Virus record (IMG/VR): IMGVR_UViG_3300032223_000637
Span: 1-54,163 of that record
Reading direction: 5' to 3' (one strand)
Length of the DNA stretch: 54,163 bases
DNA from: a virus
Taxonomy: Duplodnaviria > Caudoviricetes
The position numbers were made by a program, and so were the translations under genes. The notes beneath the pieces are model-generated. The model was not told the origin of the DNA. It worked only from the letters and a program-made list of their open reading frames with translations, and searched no databases. Shown here in pieces: positions 9,901 through 18,340 of this stretch (position 1 is its first letter; the number at the start of each line of letters is the position of its first letter).

Positions 9901-12900
9901 CACTGCTAGGGCTCCGGGCACGATCGCTAACACATTAACAGGCATTGTTTATTCAAGACCAGACAGCTACTATGTACACAGACCATATGACGGCGGTGTA
10001 CAACTAGGTACAGGCGGTCCAGCACACGGCGCCACAGCGATTCGTATGAGTAAGAAATATATTCGTTACCAATCTGGTAAAGGTATTATGTACAACACCG
10101 GTGCGCTATTTGCTCCAAGCTATGATATTCAAAGTGTCACAGCGACCGGTACTGCGGTAAACAGCGTTATCACAGTTACCAACGATGACACTGACCACGG
10201 TTGTCAGGTAGGTGCGCAGATTACACTTAACGGTGTAACTACATCCGGTGTAAATGGCGTATACACTGTTGCTTCTATTATCAACGAACGTAGCTTTACA
10301 GTTCGAGCAACGCAGGTGTTAGGTTCTTCGACAATCGTGTTAGGTGATCCTTGCTATATGTCAGTGCTACACTGGCACGGTTCAACTGTTCGTTCTGGTA
10401 CATTCGATGACCAAAACGGTATGTTCTGGCAGTATGATGGTATTAGAATGGCTGTTGTCAAGCGTTCAAGTACCAACCACGTTGCTGGTACAATCAATAT
10501 TGCCACAGATTCAAACTTACTCACTGGTACTAACACAAGATTTACACAGCAGTTGGCTGCAGGCGATCGCGTTGTTATCAAAGGTATGAGTCACGTAGTA
10601 AGTCAAATCGTCAGCGACACTACATTGTATGTAACTCCCGACTATCGTGGAGTTAGCAACGTAGTTGGTGGTAAGATGACCAAGACCATCGACTTGGTTA
10701 TTCCTCAAGAGAATTGGAACCTAGATCCATTAAACGGGTCTGGGCCAAGCGGATACAACATCGACGTAACAAAGATGCAGATGATCGGTATGCAATGGAC
10801 TTGGTACGGTGCTGGATTTATTGACTTTATGTTGCGTGGTTCAGAAGGTAACTACACTTTTGCACACCGTTTCCGTAACTCAAACGTTAACCAAGAAGCA
10901 TATATGCGTTCTGGTAATCAACCTGTTCGCTACGAAGTTATTAATGAAGGTGCTAGAGATAAACTAGTTTCTGCAATTGATTCTTCACAGACAACTATTC
11001 CGTTGACTAATGCTTATTGGTTCCCATCAGCAGGTACTGTTATTATTGAAGCTGAAATGATACGTTACACCGGTAATGATGGTACGAACCTAACAGGGTG
11101 TGTACGTGGAACATCATTATCACAGTTCGTAGCTGGATCAACTAGAACATTCTCAGGTGGTGTGGCATCAGCACACGCTGCCAGCTCGGGTGTTATTTTA
11201 ATTAGTAACACAATTACTCCAATTATCAGTCACTGGGGTTCTGCGTTTATGATTGACGGACAGTTTGACAGTGACCGTGGTTATTTGTTTAACTATGCTT
11301 CTACTGGTATTTCTGTTACAACAGATAAGCAGACAGCTTTCTTGATCCGACTAGCACCTTCAGTGTCTAATGCTGTTGTTGGTGACTTAGGCGAGAAAGA
11401 ATTATTAAATCGTGCGCAGTTGTTGTTACAGACTGTGGCTATTTCCTCAGACGCTGTGTCAGGTAACACAGGCGGTATCGTTGTTGAAGGTGTGTTAAAT
11501 CCACAGAACTATCCAACTGACCCGACTAAGATTACCTGGACTGGACTTGCATCAAGTGCGGCAGGCGGACAACCTAGCTTTGCGCAGGTAGCTGCTGGAG
11601 GTTCTGTAACTTGGTCAGGTAACTTTAGTACAGCAACAGCAACAATTCAAGGTGCGTTTACAACAACATTAACAGCAACATCATTTGCTCCGTCAACTAA
11701 CTCGTTGACAGCAGTTGGATTTAATGCAGTGACTCAAACTGCGGCAGCAACATCGTTTGCTGTGGCAACGTCGGCAACATATAACTCTGCGTTAAGCACA
11801 GCGAGAAACGATTTCTTGATTCCTATGTCGACATATACTACGTTGCAAGGTCAAACACCATTGGCAGTTGGTGATACTATTTCTGCAACAACGTATATCA
11901 CTGGCGGTCAAACAATTACAGGTTTAACTCCGAACTATACTACACTGGCATCTGTGGCCTATGCTAGAATTACGATGAGTGCTGTGGCTAACGCAACATC
12001 ACCGACAGCAGCATCCAACGGTGCGCAGAATATTACAGTGACATTTACCAGCTCTGTGGCAGCAACGTTTGCATCTGCATTGAGTACTGCACGTTCAACA
12101 TTCTTGATCACGCAGACTCAGTATGCTAGTTCAGCGGCAGCAGTCACTGACGTGTTAAGTACAGCAACCTACTTGACAGGAAATCAAACAATTTCTGCTA
12201 GAACACCTAACTATACAACAATCCAAGGTGTGTCATACGCATTGATCCAAACGAGTTCTGCAGCAAACGCTACTAGTGCTTCTGGTTCAGCTAACAGTGT
12301 AACGATAACAGCAACTTCTGCAGCAACAGCAACATATGGCTCTGCACTAAGCACTGCACGTACAGACTTCTTAGTGACAGATACACAATGGTCAGCTAGC
12401 GGTATTTTAGCAGGCGATGGGTTATCAGTGGCAACATATATTACTGGTGGCCAGACAGTGTCTAGTGTTCAAATAGGTTATGTAACTATCAACGCTACTA
12501 GCTATACTAGAGTGGTTATGAGTGCTGCGGCTAACGCAACGTCAACATCGGGTAGTGGCAATAACCAAACAGTAACAGTAACCGCAGCAGGTACTGGCGC
12601 AACTTATCAGAAAACCAACTACTTGTTCTTTACATCAACTAGCTGGTTAGCAACCAATGCCACACTAGGTACCAAAGTTGCTACTGATCAAACAGCGTTC
12701 CCAGCGGGCACATCTGTAGCAGCGGTAAGTTCGAGAACTTTCGGTTCTACCACAGTATATCGTATAACGTTTACTCAAACAACTAACACAACTCTTAATG
12801 CTGCCGGTACATTGAAATTCCAGTTCGGTGCTGCTTATGCGTTACCAGGTGAACAGGTATTCTCGTTCATTAGTAACCCAGGAAACGTTGATAACTTAGA

Positions 12901-13054
12901 TCTAAGTGGATTGAAAGAACTTACTTCAACAAGTATTGGCGGTAGAGGTACATTCCCGAATGGCCCAGACGTATTAGCGATTAACGTTTATAAAACGGCT
13001 GGCTCGGGTACAACAGCTAACGTTATTTTACGTTGGGGTGAAGCGCAGGCTTAA
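6980..13054 (+). CDS. Giant virion structural/fibre protein (2024 aa) with two N-terminal phycobiliprotein-like helical repeats
   Basis: T/S/G/V-rich beta segments, G.GY repeats, three ~100-aa C-terminal repeats, two KCxRD..YI.D.....GGN repeats; AAGGA SD. Confidence 0.75.
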   Translation: MSKKQITNYKFSPGGIPPAYGLYPNAVALLTANKSFLIAEMDQYIRNQITANASNSSSPYYGYSYTTTRSNKCQRDTGYIIDAIIYDLTYGGNSLIYQQAQRFYVNGVLQVLTPAVEVDTHTWLRNKITTNILTKTSYTKLNTQPTANQVLSGSAGEAGSAAVVTTEYNVVINAINTGLSSLPTAVVPNSQGANLAPDTVTLLDANKRFIQEEAIAYIQYNVANNIAPYAYYTYDAAKCRRDVSYILDGYINDIKHGGNKKTVNYASKYFEGGIPQVDGSRQPEVYAHTFIKDLIENYILVNVAFAARQTSVPQTINFSVSAEVFGTTLISTLSGVVIDVIANGLTSVPSILTNQGTVKFPGFYKLKDLLLITNTSRSVILYNFADPATAAQITYSGDFDSDFPGALYGNDKVTTVTFDVDTTGMMITDQIQIFVEGKEQTVRLNPIATDAMERMKVGIPQSMLDADFEYGLQPTKWQTVSMMRNYPSVYEIPGSDLPVVSVTTDASSGTSGVGASQITVTTVAAHGLNAGDVFTIKALAASVLGFSRAEGTFLVASVVSSVQFTYYAKSKVGTTNPTTLSQTYTQLRKAGFYTGASVGTPSFNVYSNGQSGTITSSLITATGSNFIGFTGSPPPQGAPLTGSSINSGTQITAVVGSGGTVTTTQLTSTANIGDTQIVVASTAGILPGLVFNRGDGVAVQVLDVTSNTVTLSGTLTSLINGTNQTYTEVNGTVSPAGGTGATFAVSRTGGSYTAVVGSSNGQGYSANDAITILGSNLGGASPANDATITVLTAAPKNTVVDLDPTTLNVGSGGYSDATGVLTVGGTGTGLTVDITTSATVIQTVTVRNPGSGYTVGNTVTIAGGNGDAVISILTVAPGGDIQTFTIGGTPATAPSVGFTSAITLSDITTGNISNASTSVSYTSIPTIEVTFLNAHGFIPGDSITVAITSSDTNAQLAAGAYYVEQTPTTSSLRYTARAPGTIANTLTGIVYSRPDSYYVHRPYDGGVQLGTGGPAHGATAIRMSKKYIRYQSGKGIMYNTGALFAPSYDIQSVTATGTAVNSVITVTNDDTDHGCQVGAQITLNGVTTSGVNGVYTVASIINERSFTVRATQVLGSSTIVLGDPCYMSVLHWHGSTVRSGTFDDQNGMFWQYDGIRMAVVKRSSTNHVAGTINIATDSNLLTGTNTRFTQQLAAGDRVVIKGMSHVVSQIVSDTTLYVTPDYRGVSNVVGGKMTKTIDLVIPQENWNLDPLNGSGPSGYNIDVTKMQMIGMQWTWYGAGFIDFMLRGSEGNYTFAHRFRNSNVNQEAYMRSGNQPVRYEVINEGARDKLVSAIDSSQTTIPLTNAYWFPSAGTVIIEAEMIRYTGNDGTNLTGCVRGTSLSQFVAGSTRTFSGGVASAHAASSGVILISNTITPIISHWGSAFMIDGQFDSDRGYLFNYASTGISVTTDKQTAFLIRLAPSVSNAVVGDLGEKELLNRAQLLLQTVAISSDAVSGNTGGIVVEGVLNPQNYPTDPTKITWTGLASSAAGGQPSFAQVAAGGSVTWSGNFSTATATIQGAFTTTLTATSFAPSTNSLTAVGFNAVTQTAAATSFAVATSATYNSALSTARNDFLIPMSTYTTLQGQTPLAVGDTISATTYITGGQTITGLTPNYTTLASVAYARITMSAVANATSPTAASNGAQNITVTFTSSVAATFASALSTARSTFLITQTQYASSAAAVTDVLSTATYLTGNQTISARTPNYTTIQGVSYALIQTSSAANATSASGSANSVTITATSAATATYGSALSTARTDFLVTDTQWSASGILAGDGLSVATYITGGQTVSSVQIGYVTINATSYTRVVMSAAANATSTSGSGNNQTVTVTAAGTGATYQKTNYLFFTSTSWLATNATLGTKVATDQTAFPAGTSVAAVSSRTFGSTTVYRITFTQTTNTTLNAAGTLKFQFGAAYALPGEQVFSFISNPGNVDNLDLSGLKELTSTSIGGRGTFPNGPDVLAINVYKTAGSGTTANVILRWGEAQA
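11770..12610 (+). repeat. Three tandem ~95-105-aa protein repeats in the giant protein
   Basis: ATY/FxSALSTARxxFL...TYI/LTGxQT...Y....M/TS..ANATS occurs three times; boundaries approximate. Confidence 0.85.
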
Positions 13055-13323
13055 AGATTTTCACGCCAGGCACGAAGTCTACTATCGATCGCCTGGCGGA
13101 GATCTCTAATTTTTACACGTAGGTCTTCGATTTCGGTTCCGGGTTTTTCGCCTAGAGTCAACCGACCGTGTGCTTCGTCAATGGATTGAACTGTTAATTT
13201 TAGGCTTAGAAGATTTCCTTCTAAAAGTTCCTTTAATTTGTCGTCAGTAACAACGTCAATTTCAGACTTGAATCTCTCATACTCAGTTAAAAATCTTTCT
13301 GATTTAAGTAGCGGTGTGAACAT
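13051..13323 (-). CDS. Hypothetical coiled-coil protein
   Basis: 90-aa helical ORF overlapping the upstream gene. Confidence 0.6.
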   Translation of the reverse strand: MFTPLLKSERFLTEYERFKSEIDVVTDDKLKELLEGNLLSLKLTVQSIDEAHGRLTLGEKPGTEIEDLRVKIRDLRQAIDSRLRAWRENL

Positions 13324-13693
13324 TTACTAACTCCAATATAGTTTCGATCTTTGTGCGGATCAGTTGATTATTTAATGTTGCTTTAAGACCGGGGTGTAGC
13401 TGCTTTGGTAGATAATCTAGATCACACCAAGCAATAGACTGTGCTGTAGTTGTTAAAAACTCTGTGTCAACTAAGCATACATAGGTACCGTACTCAAATC
13501 CACGGTCTTCGCTGAGGTACAATTCAATAGGCAATATCCTACCTTGACTGTAATTGTTTAATAATTCTTGGGCATCTTCTAATAAGATATTTTTCCTAGC
13601 AAACGTCGGTACTGTCCATTTCTCGTTTTCGAGAATCATCAGTACACGTTTGGTATTTTTAGCTAGGAATAATAATCCGGCACGTTGTTGCAT
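13304..13693 (-). CDS. Degenerate Nudix-fold-like protein
   Basis: AGLLFLA..RVLMIL..W and AWCDLDYLPKQLHPGL resemble phage Nudix flanks, but there is no Nudix box; ATG 13693 lies 5 nt after TAAGTA. Confidence 0.45.
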   Translation of the reverse strand: MQQRAGLLFLAKNTKRVLMILENEKWTVPTFARKNILLEDAQELLNNYSQGRILPIELYLSEDRGFEYGTYVCLVDTEFLTTTAQSIAWCDLDYLPKQLHPGLKATLNNQLIRTKIETILELVNVHTAT

Positions 13694-13701
13694 CAACGTA
13701 C

Positions 13702-15192
13702 TTATTTAGGATCGAGTATGAAACCCCAGTAACTTGGCGCATATTCACCTTCAAATGCCTTTAGCCATTCATTACCGGTCCAACGATATTTGATACCTGT
13801 ACGAAGATTTTGGATATAAATCGGCGGATTAAATGTAGTCGGATCAAATACAGTTACCCAATGTGTACCAGTCCAACGAATCACGGTGTTGGCTTTGATA
13901 ATTGGGTCAGACCCATCTAAGTTCTTCCAAGCATCTGGTCCATCATATTGCTGACTATCTCTAATAGTACCACCAACATTAAAGCTGTTATTGACATCAT
14001 CTAACATTAGGTATCTTAATGTTGTAGGAATTTGAGACTGTGATCCGTAGACTTCGATAGGATTAAATTTGTAAGGATCGATAATAGCATCTACAGTACC
14101 TCTTCCGTTGCTGTCTACAGCGCCTAGATCGTTGATTAGTGTATTTGCTGGTACTGTATCCCTATCAAAGGTAACGATGATATGACTAGGATCTACAGGG
14201 TTAATTGCAAAAGTTCCAACCATTGTGTGACCGTTTGGTTGATCGAAATACATTTGACTACCAGCAGTATATCCGCCGCGTGTTTCTAAGACGGCATTCC
14301 AATCAATAGCATTGCCTAGTTTCAATAGTTTCTGATCCAGACCCATTGACAATATTGCCTGCGTTGGATCAGCAATAGTAACATCGTAATCGTAGGGCTG
14401 TCCGTTTGTAGACTTGAACAATAATACTCTATAATTATCTGTAGTCGTGTTGAAGTTGCCTGTGGCTCTGTTGTAAACTAATCCTTCTAGATTTACAACA
14501 TCTCCCGTTTCTGTAAATGCGTTATTAATAATGGCTTTAACAATACCTAAACGTTTAACCTTAGCCGGAGGACTAACCCATATCGGCATATCAAATTCCA
14601 AAGTACAAATATCGATTTCGCTTTCAGCACCTTGCGGAATTTGCCTTGAACTAAAATTAATTGTATTAAGATTTAATACAGTTAAGCTGGTCCAGTCGAT
14701 ATAGTTATCTGTGGTTTGTAATTCTAGGCTTGGGTTGAACAACACAAGGATCTGTTCTAGCAACTGTAATTTTTGATCAGTGCTGCTAGTCCATATATCA
14801 CATTTCATTGTTAATTTAAATGGAGTTGGCTGTAATCTTTCAACCGTATAATTCCCACCTTGAATGTTTTTATATTCAACTAATCCAGTTTCTTCGTTTT
14901 TTGTGTAGGCTCTTTCTCGAATGTTTACCTTGCTAACAAATGTTGGATCACTAAGACGTTCTTTATCAAGTTCTAAACTACCAATATAGCAGGCCATTCT
15001 TGGTACTGTAGACATTTTATTTTCGCTGTTATCTTTGAGTATACCAGCGACCATACGTGTCATATCACCATATAGCACCGGCACATAGCGTTCTTCGGGT
15101 ATATCACCACCGGTCTTATACTTGAAGCCGGTGAATACTCGCATAAACTGCGTTACATATCGGCGAACCTGCCCGTCGTAAAAATAATCCAT
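13702..15192 (-). CDS. gp15: Tail sheath stabilizer/tail terminator, gp15-like with C-terminal extension
   Basis: YFYDGQVRRYVTQF...VP..YG...PTPFKL...QLLEQILVLFNP; next to neck genes. Confidence 0.7.
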   Translation of the reverse strand: MDYFYDGQVRRYVTQFMRVFTGFKYKTGGDIPEERYVPVLYGDMTRMVAGILKDNSENKMSTVPRMACYIGSLELDKERLSDPTFVSKVNIRERAYTKNEETGLVEYKNIQGGNYTVERLQPTPFKLTMKCDIWTSSTDQKLQLLEQILVLFNPSLELQTTDNYIDWTSLTVLNLNTINFSSRQIPQGAESEIDICTLEFDMPIWVSPPAKVKRLGIVKAIINNAFTETGDVVNLEGLVYNRATGNFNTTTDNYRVLLFKSTNGQPYDYDVTIADPTQAILSMGLDQKLLKLGNAIDWNAVLETRGGYTAGSQMYFDQPNGHTMVGTFAINPVDPSHIIVTFDRDTVPANTLINDLGAVDSNGRGTVDAIIDPYKFNPIEVYGSQSQIPTTLRYLMLDDVNNSFNVGGTIRDSQQYDGPDAWKNLDGSDPIIKANTVIRWTGTHWVTVFDPTTFNPPIYIQNLRTGIKYRWTGNEWLKAFEGEYAPSYWGFILDPK

Positions 15193-16457
15193 TAATTATC
15201 TGCCTCTGGTCTAAGGGCCTTTGATAGGCTCTGTTTCTCTTTGGTAACTTGACCGTTAATAACATCTGTCTTGGTGTTATTAATAAATGAAGTTTTCTGT
15301 GTAACTCTTGTTTCTTTACCTTCAAATCTGTTGCCGGAAGTAGTATCGCTATCACCGAGATTACTCATTGTCATACGTACATCATCTTCAATTTTCACCC
15401 AATGTGCTCCATCAAATCTAAACAATCTATTTGGTAGATAGTCTGTGCGTAGACAGAATTGACCTAAGGTAGGATTTAACGGATAAGCAATACCAGAGGT
15501 AAAAGGTGCACCATTACCTGGAACACCGTCGCCTACTAAGTATCCTTGATAATCGTTGTGATCCGGAGATTGGAATACTGACGAAGCAGTAATACCCATA
15601 TATACAGGATCGCCATTTTCATCAACTAACGGATTACCGTTAGCATCTGTGCTAGGTATTAGTAATTCCTGTGTGCTATCTACTGTTACTAGTGCAGCAT
15701 TTCCAGTAAGTGGATCAGTCTGCATTGTGTAATATTTGGTTGTATCATATCCACTCTTAGGTGCATCAGCTTCAGCCTGATCAAGTATTGCTTGGCTGAT
15801 CTGCATTTCTTTTTCATAGGTACTGACAATGTCACGCAGTGTTGTATTGGTAGGGTTACCGTTGGCATCTGTTTGAACCTGATTAAGAATGTCTGCAAAT
15901 TCTTGACTATCTACTAACGGTTTGCATTTTGCACGATATAGATGTGGATACCAAGTTACTGAAAAACCTTCAGCAGCACGGTTAACTTCTTCGATAACAT
16001 AGAAACGCTTCAATGCAAAAGTTAAATCATTGAGTGCATATTCATCTTTTAGGTGTGGCAATTCAATAACATCACCTGCGATAATTTTACGACCAAGTTT
16101 TTCCACAGTATCATTTATATGGAACGTAATAAAAATAGTATCGTTCTGTAAAAATAATCCAAATTGGCTTAAATTGAAATCGATATCTTGTAGGTTATAT
16201 ACTCCTCGCAATAGATATACATCTGGATCGTACTTGCGATCGCGATTTTCTAAGAACAATAGATCTTGTATATTTGTTGGGCTTGCAGTGGAATACGCAG
16301 GCTGCGATGGGCTAGCACCCAAACTAGCAGTTCCGGATCCTATATATCTGTGTACAAGCACATCAACACCGCCAACCTGGAACATTTCCCAGACGGTTTT
16401 ATCGATGAATTTGTAGTCGTTGCCCTTTTCGGGACGGTATAGCGAGAGTCTTGGCAT
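15192..16457 (-). CDS. gp14: Neck protein, gp14-like
   Basis: LFLENRD, SQFGLFLQND, GDVIELP motifs; start MPRLSL at 16457 (16463 also possible) downstream of TAAATA. Confidence 0.6.
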   Translation of the reverse strand: MPRLSLYRPEKGNDYKFIDKTVWEMFQVGGVDVLVHRYIGSGTASLGASPSQPAYSTASPTNIQDLLFLENRDRKYDPDVYLLRGVYNLQDIDFNLSQFGLFLQNDTIFITFHINDTVEKLGRKIIAGDVIELPHLKDEYALNDLTFALKRFYVIEEVNRAAEGFSVTWYPHLYRAKCKPLVDSQEFADILNQVQTDANGNPTNTTLRDIVSTYEKEMQISQAILDQAEADAPKSGYDTTKYYTMQTDPLTGNAALVTVDSTQELLIPSTDANGNPLVDENGDPVYMGITASSVFQSPDHNDYQGYLVGDGVPGNGAPFTSGIAYPLNPTLGQFCLRTDYLPNRLFRFDGAHWVKIEDDVRMTMSNLGDSDTTSGNRFEGKETRVTQKTSFINNTKTDVINGQVTKEKQSLSKALRPEADN

Positions 16458-16464
16458 AGTCATA

Positions 16465-16485
16465 TATTTACCGCTACGATAAATA
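16465..16485. promoter_or_regulatory. Back-to-back divergent late promoters TATTTA-N9-TAAATA
   Basis: tatttaccgctacgataaata lies between the divergent gp14-like and gp13-like starts. Confidence 0.7.
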
Positions 16486-16490
16486 ACAGT

Positions 16491-17249
16491 ATGAGCCAAA
16501 TTGACCAATCAAAACAAGCAGTTTATAACTATTGCAAAGCTATGCTGGGCGATGGTATGATCGACATTGAGCTAGATCCTATCCATTACGAAACAGCATT
16601 AAATCGTGCCCTAGCAACATTCCGTCAACGCAGCGACAACGCTGTGGAAGAAAGTTATGCGTTTTTAACTCTGCAACCAGATACCAACGAATATATTCTT
16701 CCAAAAGAAATCCAACAAGTACGTCAGATTTTCCGTAGGACTATTGGATCACGCACAGGTAGCGGAACGGGTGGTACAGCTTTTGAACCGTTCAACCTAG
16801 CCTATACAAACACCTATTTGTTAAGCTCAACAAATATGGGTGGATTGTTGACCTATGAATTGTTTGCCCAGTATCAAGAAATGGTTGGAAAAATGTTCGG
16901 CGCATTTATTAACTTTACCTGGCATCCACAGAGCCGCAAGTTAATAATTCAACAAAGACCACGTGCGGAAGAAGAAGTTATGCTAATGGTCTACAACGTC
17001 AAACCAGACTTTGCCATCATAGACGATACCTACGCAGGGCAATGGATCAAAGACTACACACTAGCTAACTGCAAAATGATGCTTGGACAAGCACGTGAAA
17101 AGTTTGCGCAGATTGCTGGTCCGCAAGGCGGCTCAGCATTAAACGGTGCAGCAATGAAAACCGAAGCTCAATCCGAAATGGATAAGTTAGTCGACGATCT
17201 AATGAAATTGGTTCCCGGCGGCAGCGGGTATACCTGGATTATCGGTTGA
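16491..17249 (+). CDS. gp13: Neck protein, gp13-like
   Basis: YCKAMLGDGMIDIEL, WIKDYTLA.CK..LG..R.KF..I.GP.GG..LNG. Confidence 0.75.
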   Translation: MSQIDQSKQAVYNYCKAMLGDGMIDIELDPIHYETALNRALATFRQRSDNAVEESYAFLTLQPDTNEYILPKEIQQVRQIFRRTIGSRTGSGTGGTAFEPFNLAYTNTYLLSSTNMGGLLTYELFAQYQEMVGKMFGAFINFTWHPQSRKLIIQQRPRAEEEVMLMVYNVKPDFAIIDDTYAGQWIKDYTLANCKMMLGQAREKFAQIAGPQGGSALNGAAMKTEAQSEMDKLVDDLMKLVPGGSGYTWIIG

Positions 17250-17274
17250 CCTTGTAATTAATCTATAATATAAT
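17246..17274 (+). promoter_or_regulatory. Sigma70-type promoter
   Basis: TTGACC-17 nt-TATAAT upstream of the dNMP kinase. Confidence 0.75.
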
Positions 17275-17294
17275 TGTTCTAAAGGGGACAATTT

Positions 17295-17954
17295 ATGATT
17301 ATAGGAATCTGCGGTTTTATTGGCAGCGGCAAAGATACAGTCGCTGACTATCTAGTTAACTTCCACGAATTTAGACGCGAGAGCTTTGCCAGCACACTCA
17401 AAGATGCTGTGGCAAACGTTTTTGGTTGGGATCGTACAATGCTCGAAGGTCGTACCAAAGAAGCACGTGAATGGCGAGAACAAGTTGATCCTTGGTGGGC
17501 TGAAAGACTAGCAATGCCTACACTAACTCCACGTTGGGTATTACAGTATTGGGGTACTGAAGTATGTCGTAAATCATTCCACGACGATATCTGGATCGCA
17601 AGCCTAGAAAATAAAATCCGTAATTCCAAAGATAACGTTGTAATCAGCGATTGTCGATTCCCTAATGAGATTTCAGCTATTAAAAACGCAGGTGGAACTA
17701 TTATATGGGTTCAAAGGGGCAAATTGCCTGAGTGGTACGAACACGCAATAGCAGCCAACAAAGGCAACAATTTTGCTATCAACGAGATGAAACGCCTAGG
17801 AATACACGCTAGTGAGTGGGCTTGGTTAGGTAGTAAGTTTGACCGAATTATTGATAACAACGGAACTATCGACCAGTTATATCAGCAGTCCGCTAGTTTA
17901 CTAGAAATCAGCGACGAGATCCCCTTGTCTCCAACTCAGCTGTTCCTTGCTTAA
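17295..17954 (+). CDS. Deoxynucleoside monophosphate kinase (T4 gp1-like)
   Basis: IIGICGFIGSGKDTVA P-loop, TPRWVLQYWGTE, VVISDCRFPNE. Confidence 0.92.
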   Translation: MIIGICGFIGSGKDTVADYLVNFHEFRRESFASTLKDAVANVFGWDRTMLEGRTKEAREWREQVDPWWAERLAMPTLTPRWVLQYWGTEVCRKSFHDDIWIASLENKIRNSKDNVVISDCRFPNEISAIKNAGGTIIWVQRGKLPEWYEHAIAANKGNNFAINEMKRLGIHASEWAWLGSKFDRIIDNNGTIDQLYQQSASLLEISDEIPLSPTQLFLA

Positions 17955-18236
17955 AATAACAGCACAGTTAGAACACACAGTTTTTAGATTACTGTGACGA
18001 CAGTTGTTTAGATCCCCGTCTGTGTGAAACACTCTAAACACAGATGAGTGCGGACTTTTAAATCCGCACTTTTCACATTGTGACTTTACTCGATATCCTG
18101 CACGTTGCCATCTAGGTATGCCGTGGTTCAACCCGTGACTCATACAGACCTCACAGAGGCTTCTGTAATAAACCCTGTCATTTTTCTTATAATTAACAGC
18201 TCTAGGACGTTGTCCGCACTTGCAAAGTGGTCTCAT
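17901..18236 (-). CDS. Zn-binding HNH-like protein
   Basis: CKC, CEVC, CEKC, HTDGDLNN...NL..VCSNC; TAAATA 5 nt upstream (18242-18247). Confidence 0.65.
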   Translation of the reverse strand: MRPLCKCGQRPRAVNYKKNDRVYYRSLCEVCMSHGLNHGIPRWQRAGYRVKSQCEKCGFKSPHSSVFRVFHTDGDLNNCRHSNLKTVCSNCAVILSKEQLSWRQGDLVADF

Positions 18237-18303
18237 ATTAATATTTACACCTTTTAAGCCCCTTTTTATGTACGTCTAAGAAGCCAATTTTGCCCAAGAC
18301 CGC

Positions 18304-18309
18304 TAAATA
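18304..18309 (+). promoter_or_regulatory. Late-promoter core TAAATA for sheath/tube
   Basis: cTAAATAc followed by an AGGAG SD and ATG 18341. Confidence 0.6.
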
Positions 18310-18340
18310 CAATGAGCAACTATTACCAGGAGAATAGGGA

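Noticed and set aside
6980-13054. Concluding the host is a cyanobacterium from the phycobiliprotein-like motif
   Set aside because: No photosynthesis or bilin-synthesis genes are in this window, so the host cannot be assigned
15192-16508. Extended starts in the ORF track (16508, also 27997, 31763, 34190, 34936, 35564, 38094, 43622, 44695, 51069)
   Set aside because: Downstream ATGs fit promoter spacing or stop/start coupling better
17901-18236. Mobile homing endonuclease
   Set aside because: Very short, final His of the HNH motif is missing, and there is no intron context; kept only as an HNH-like Zn protein
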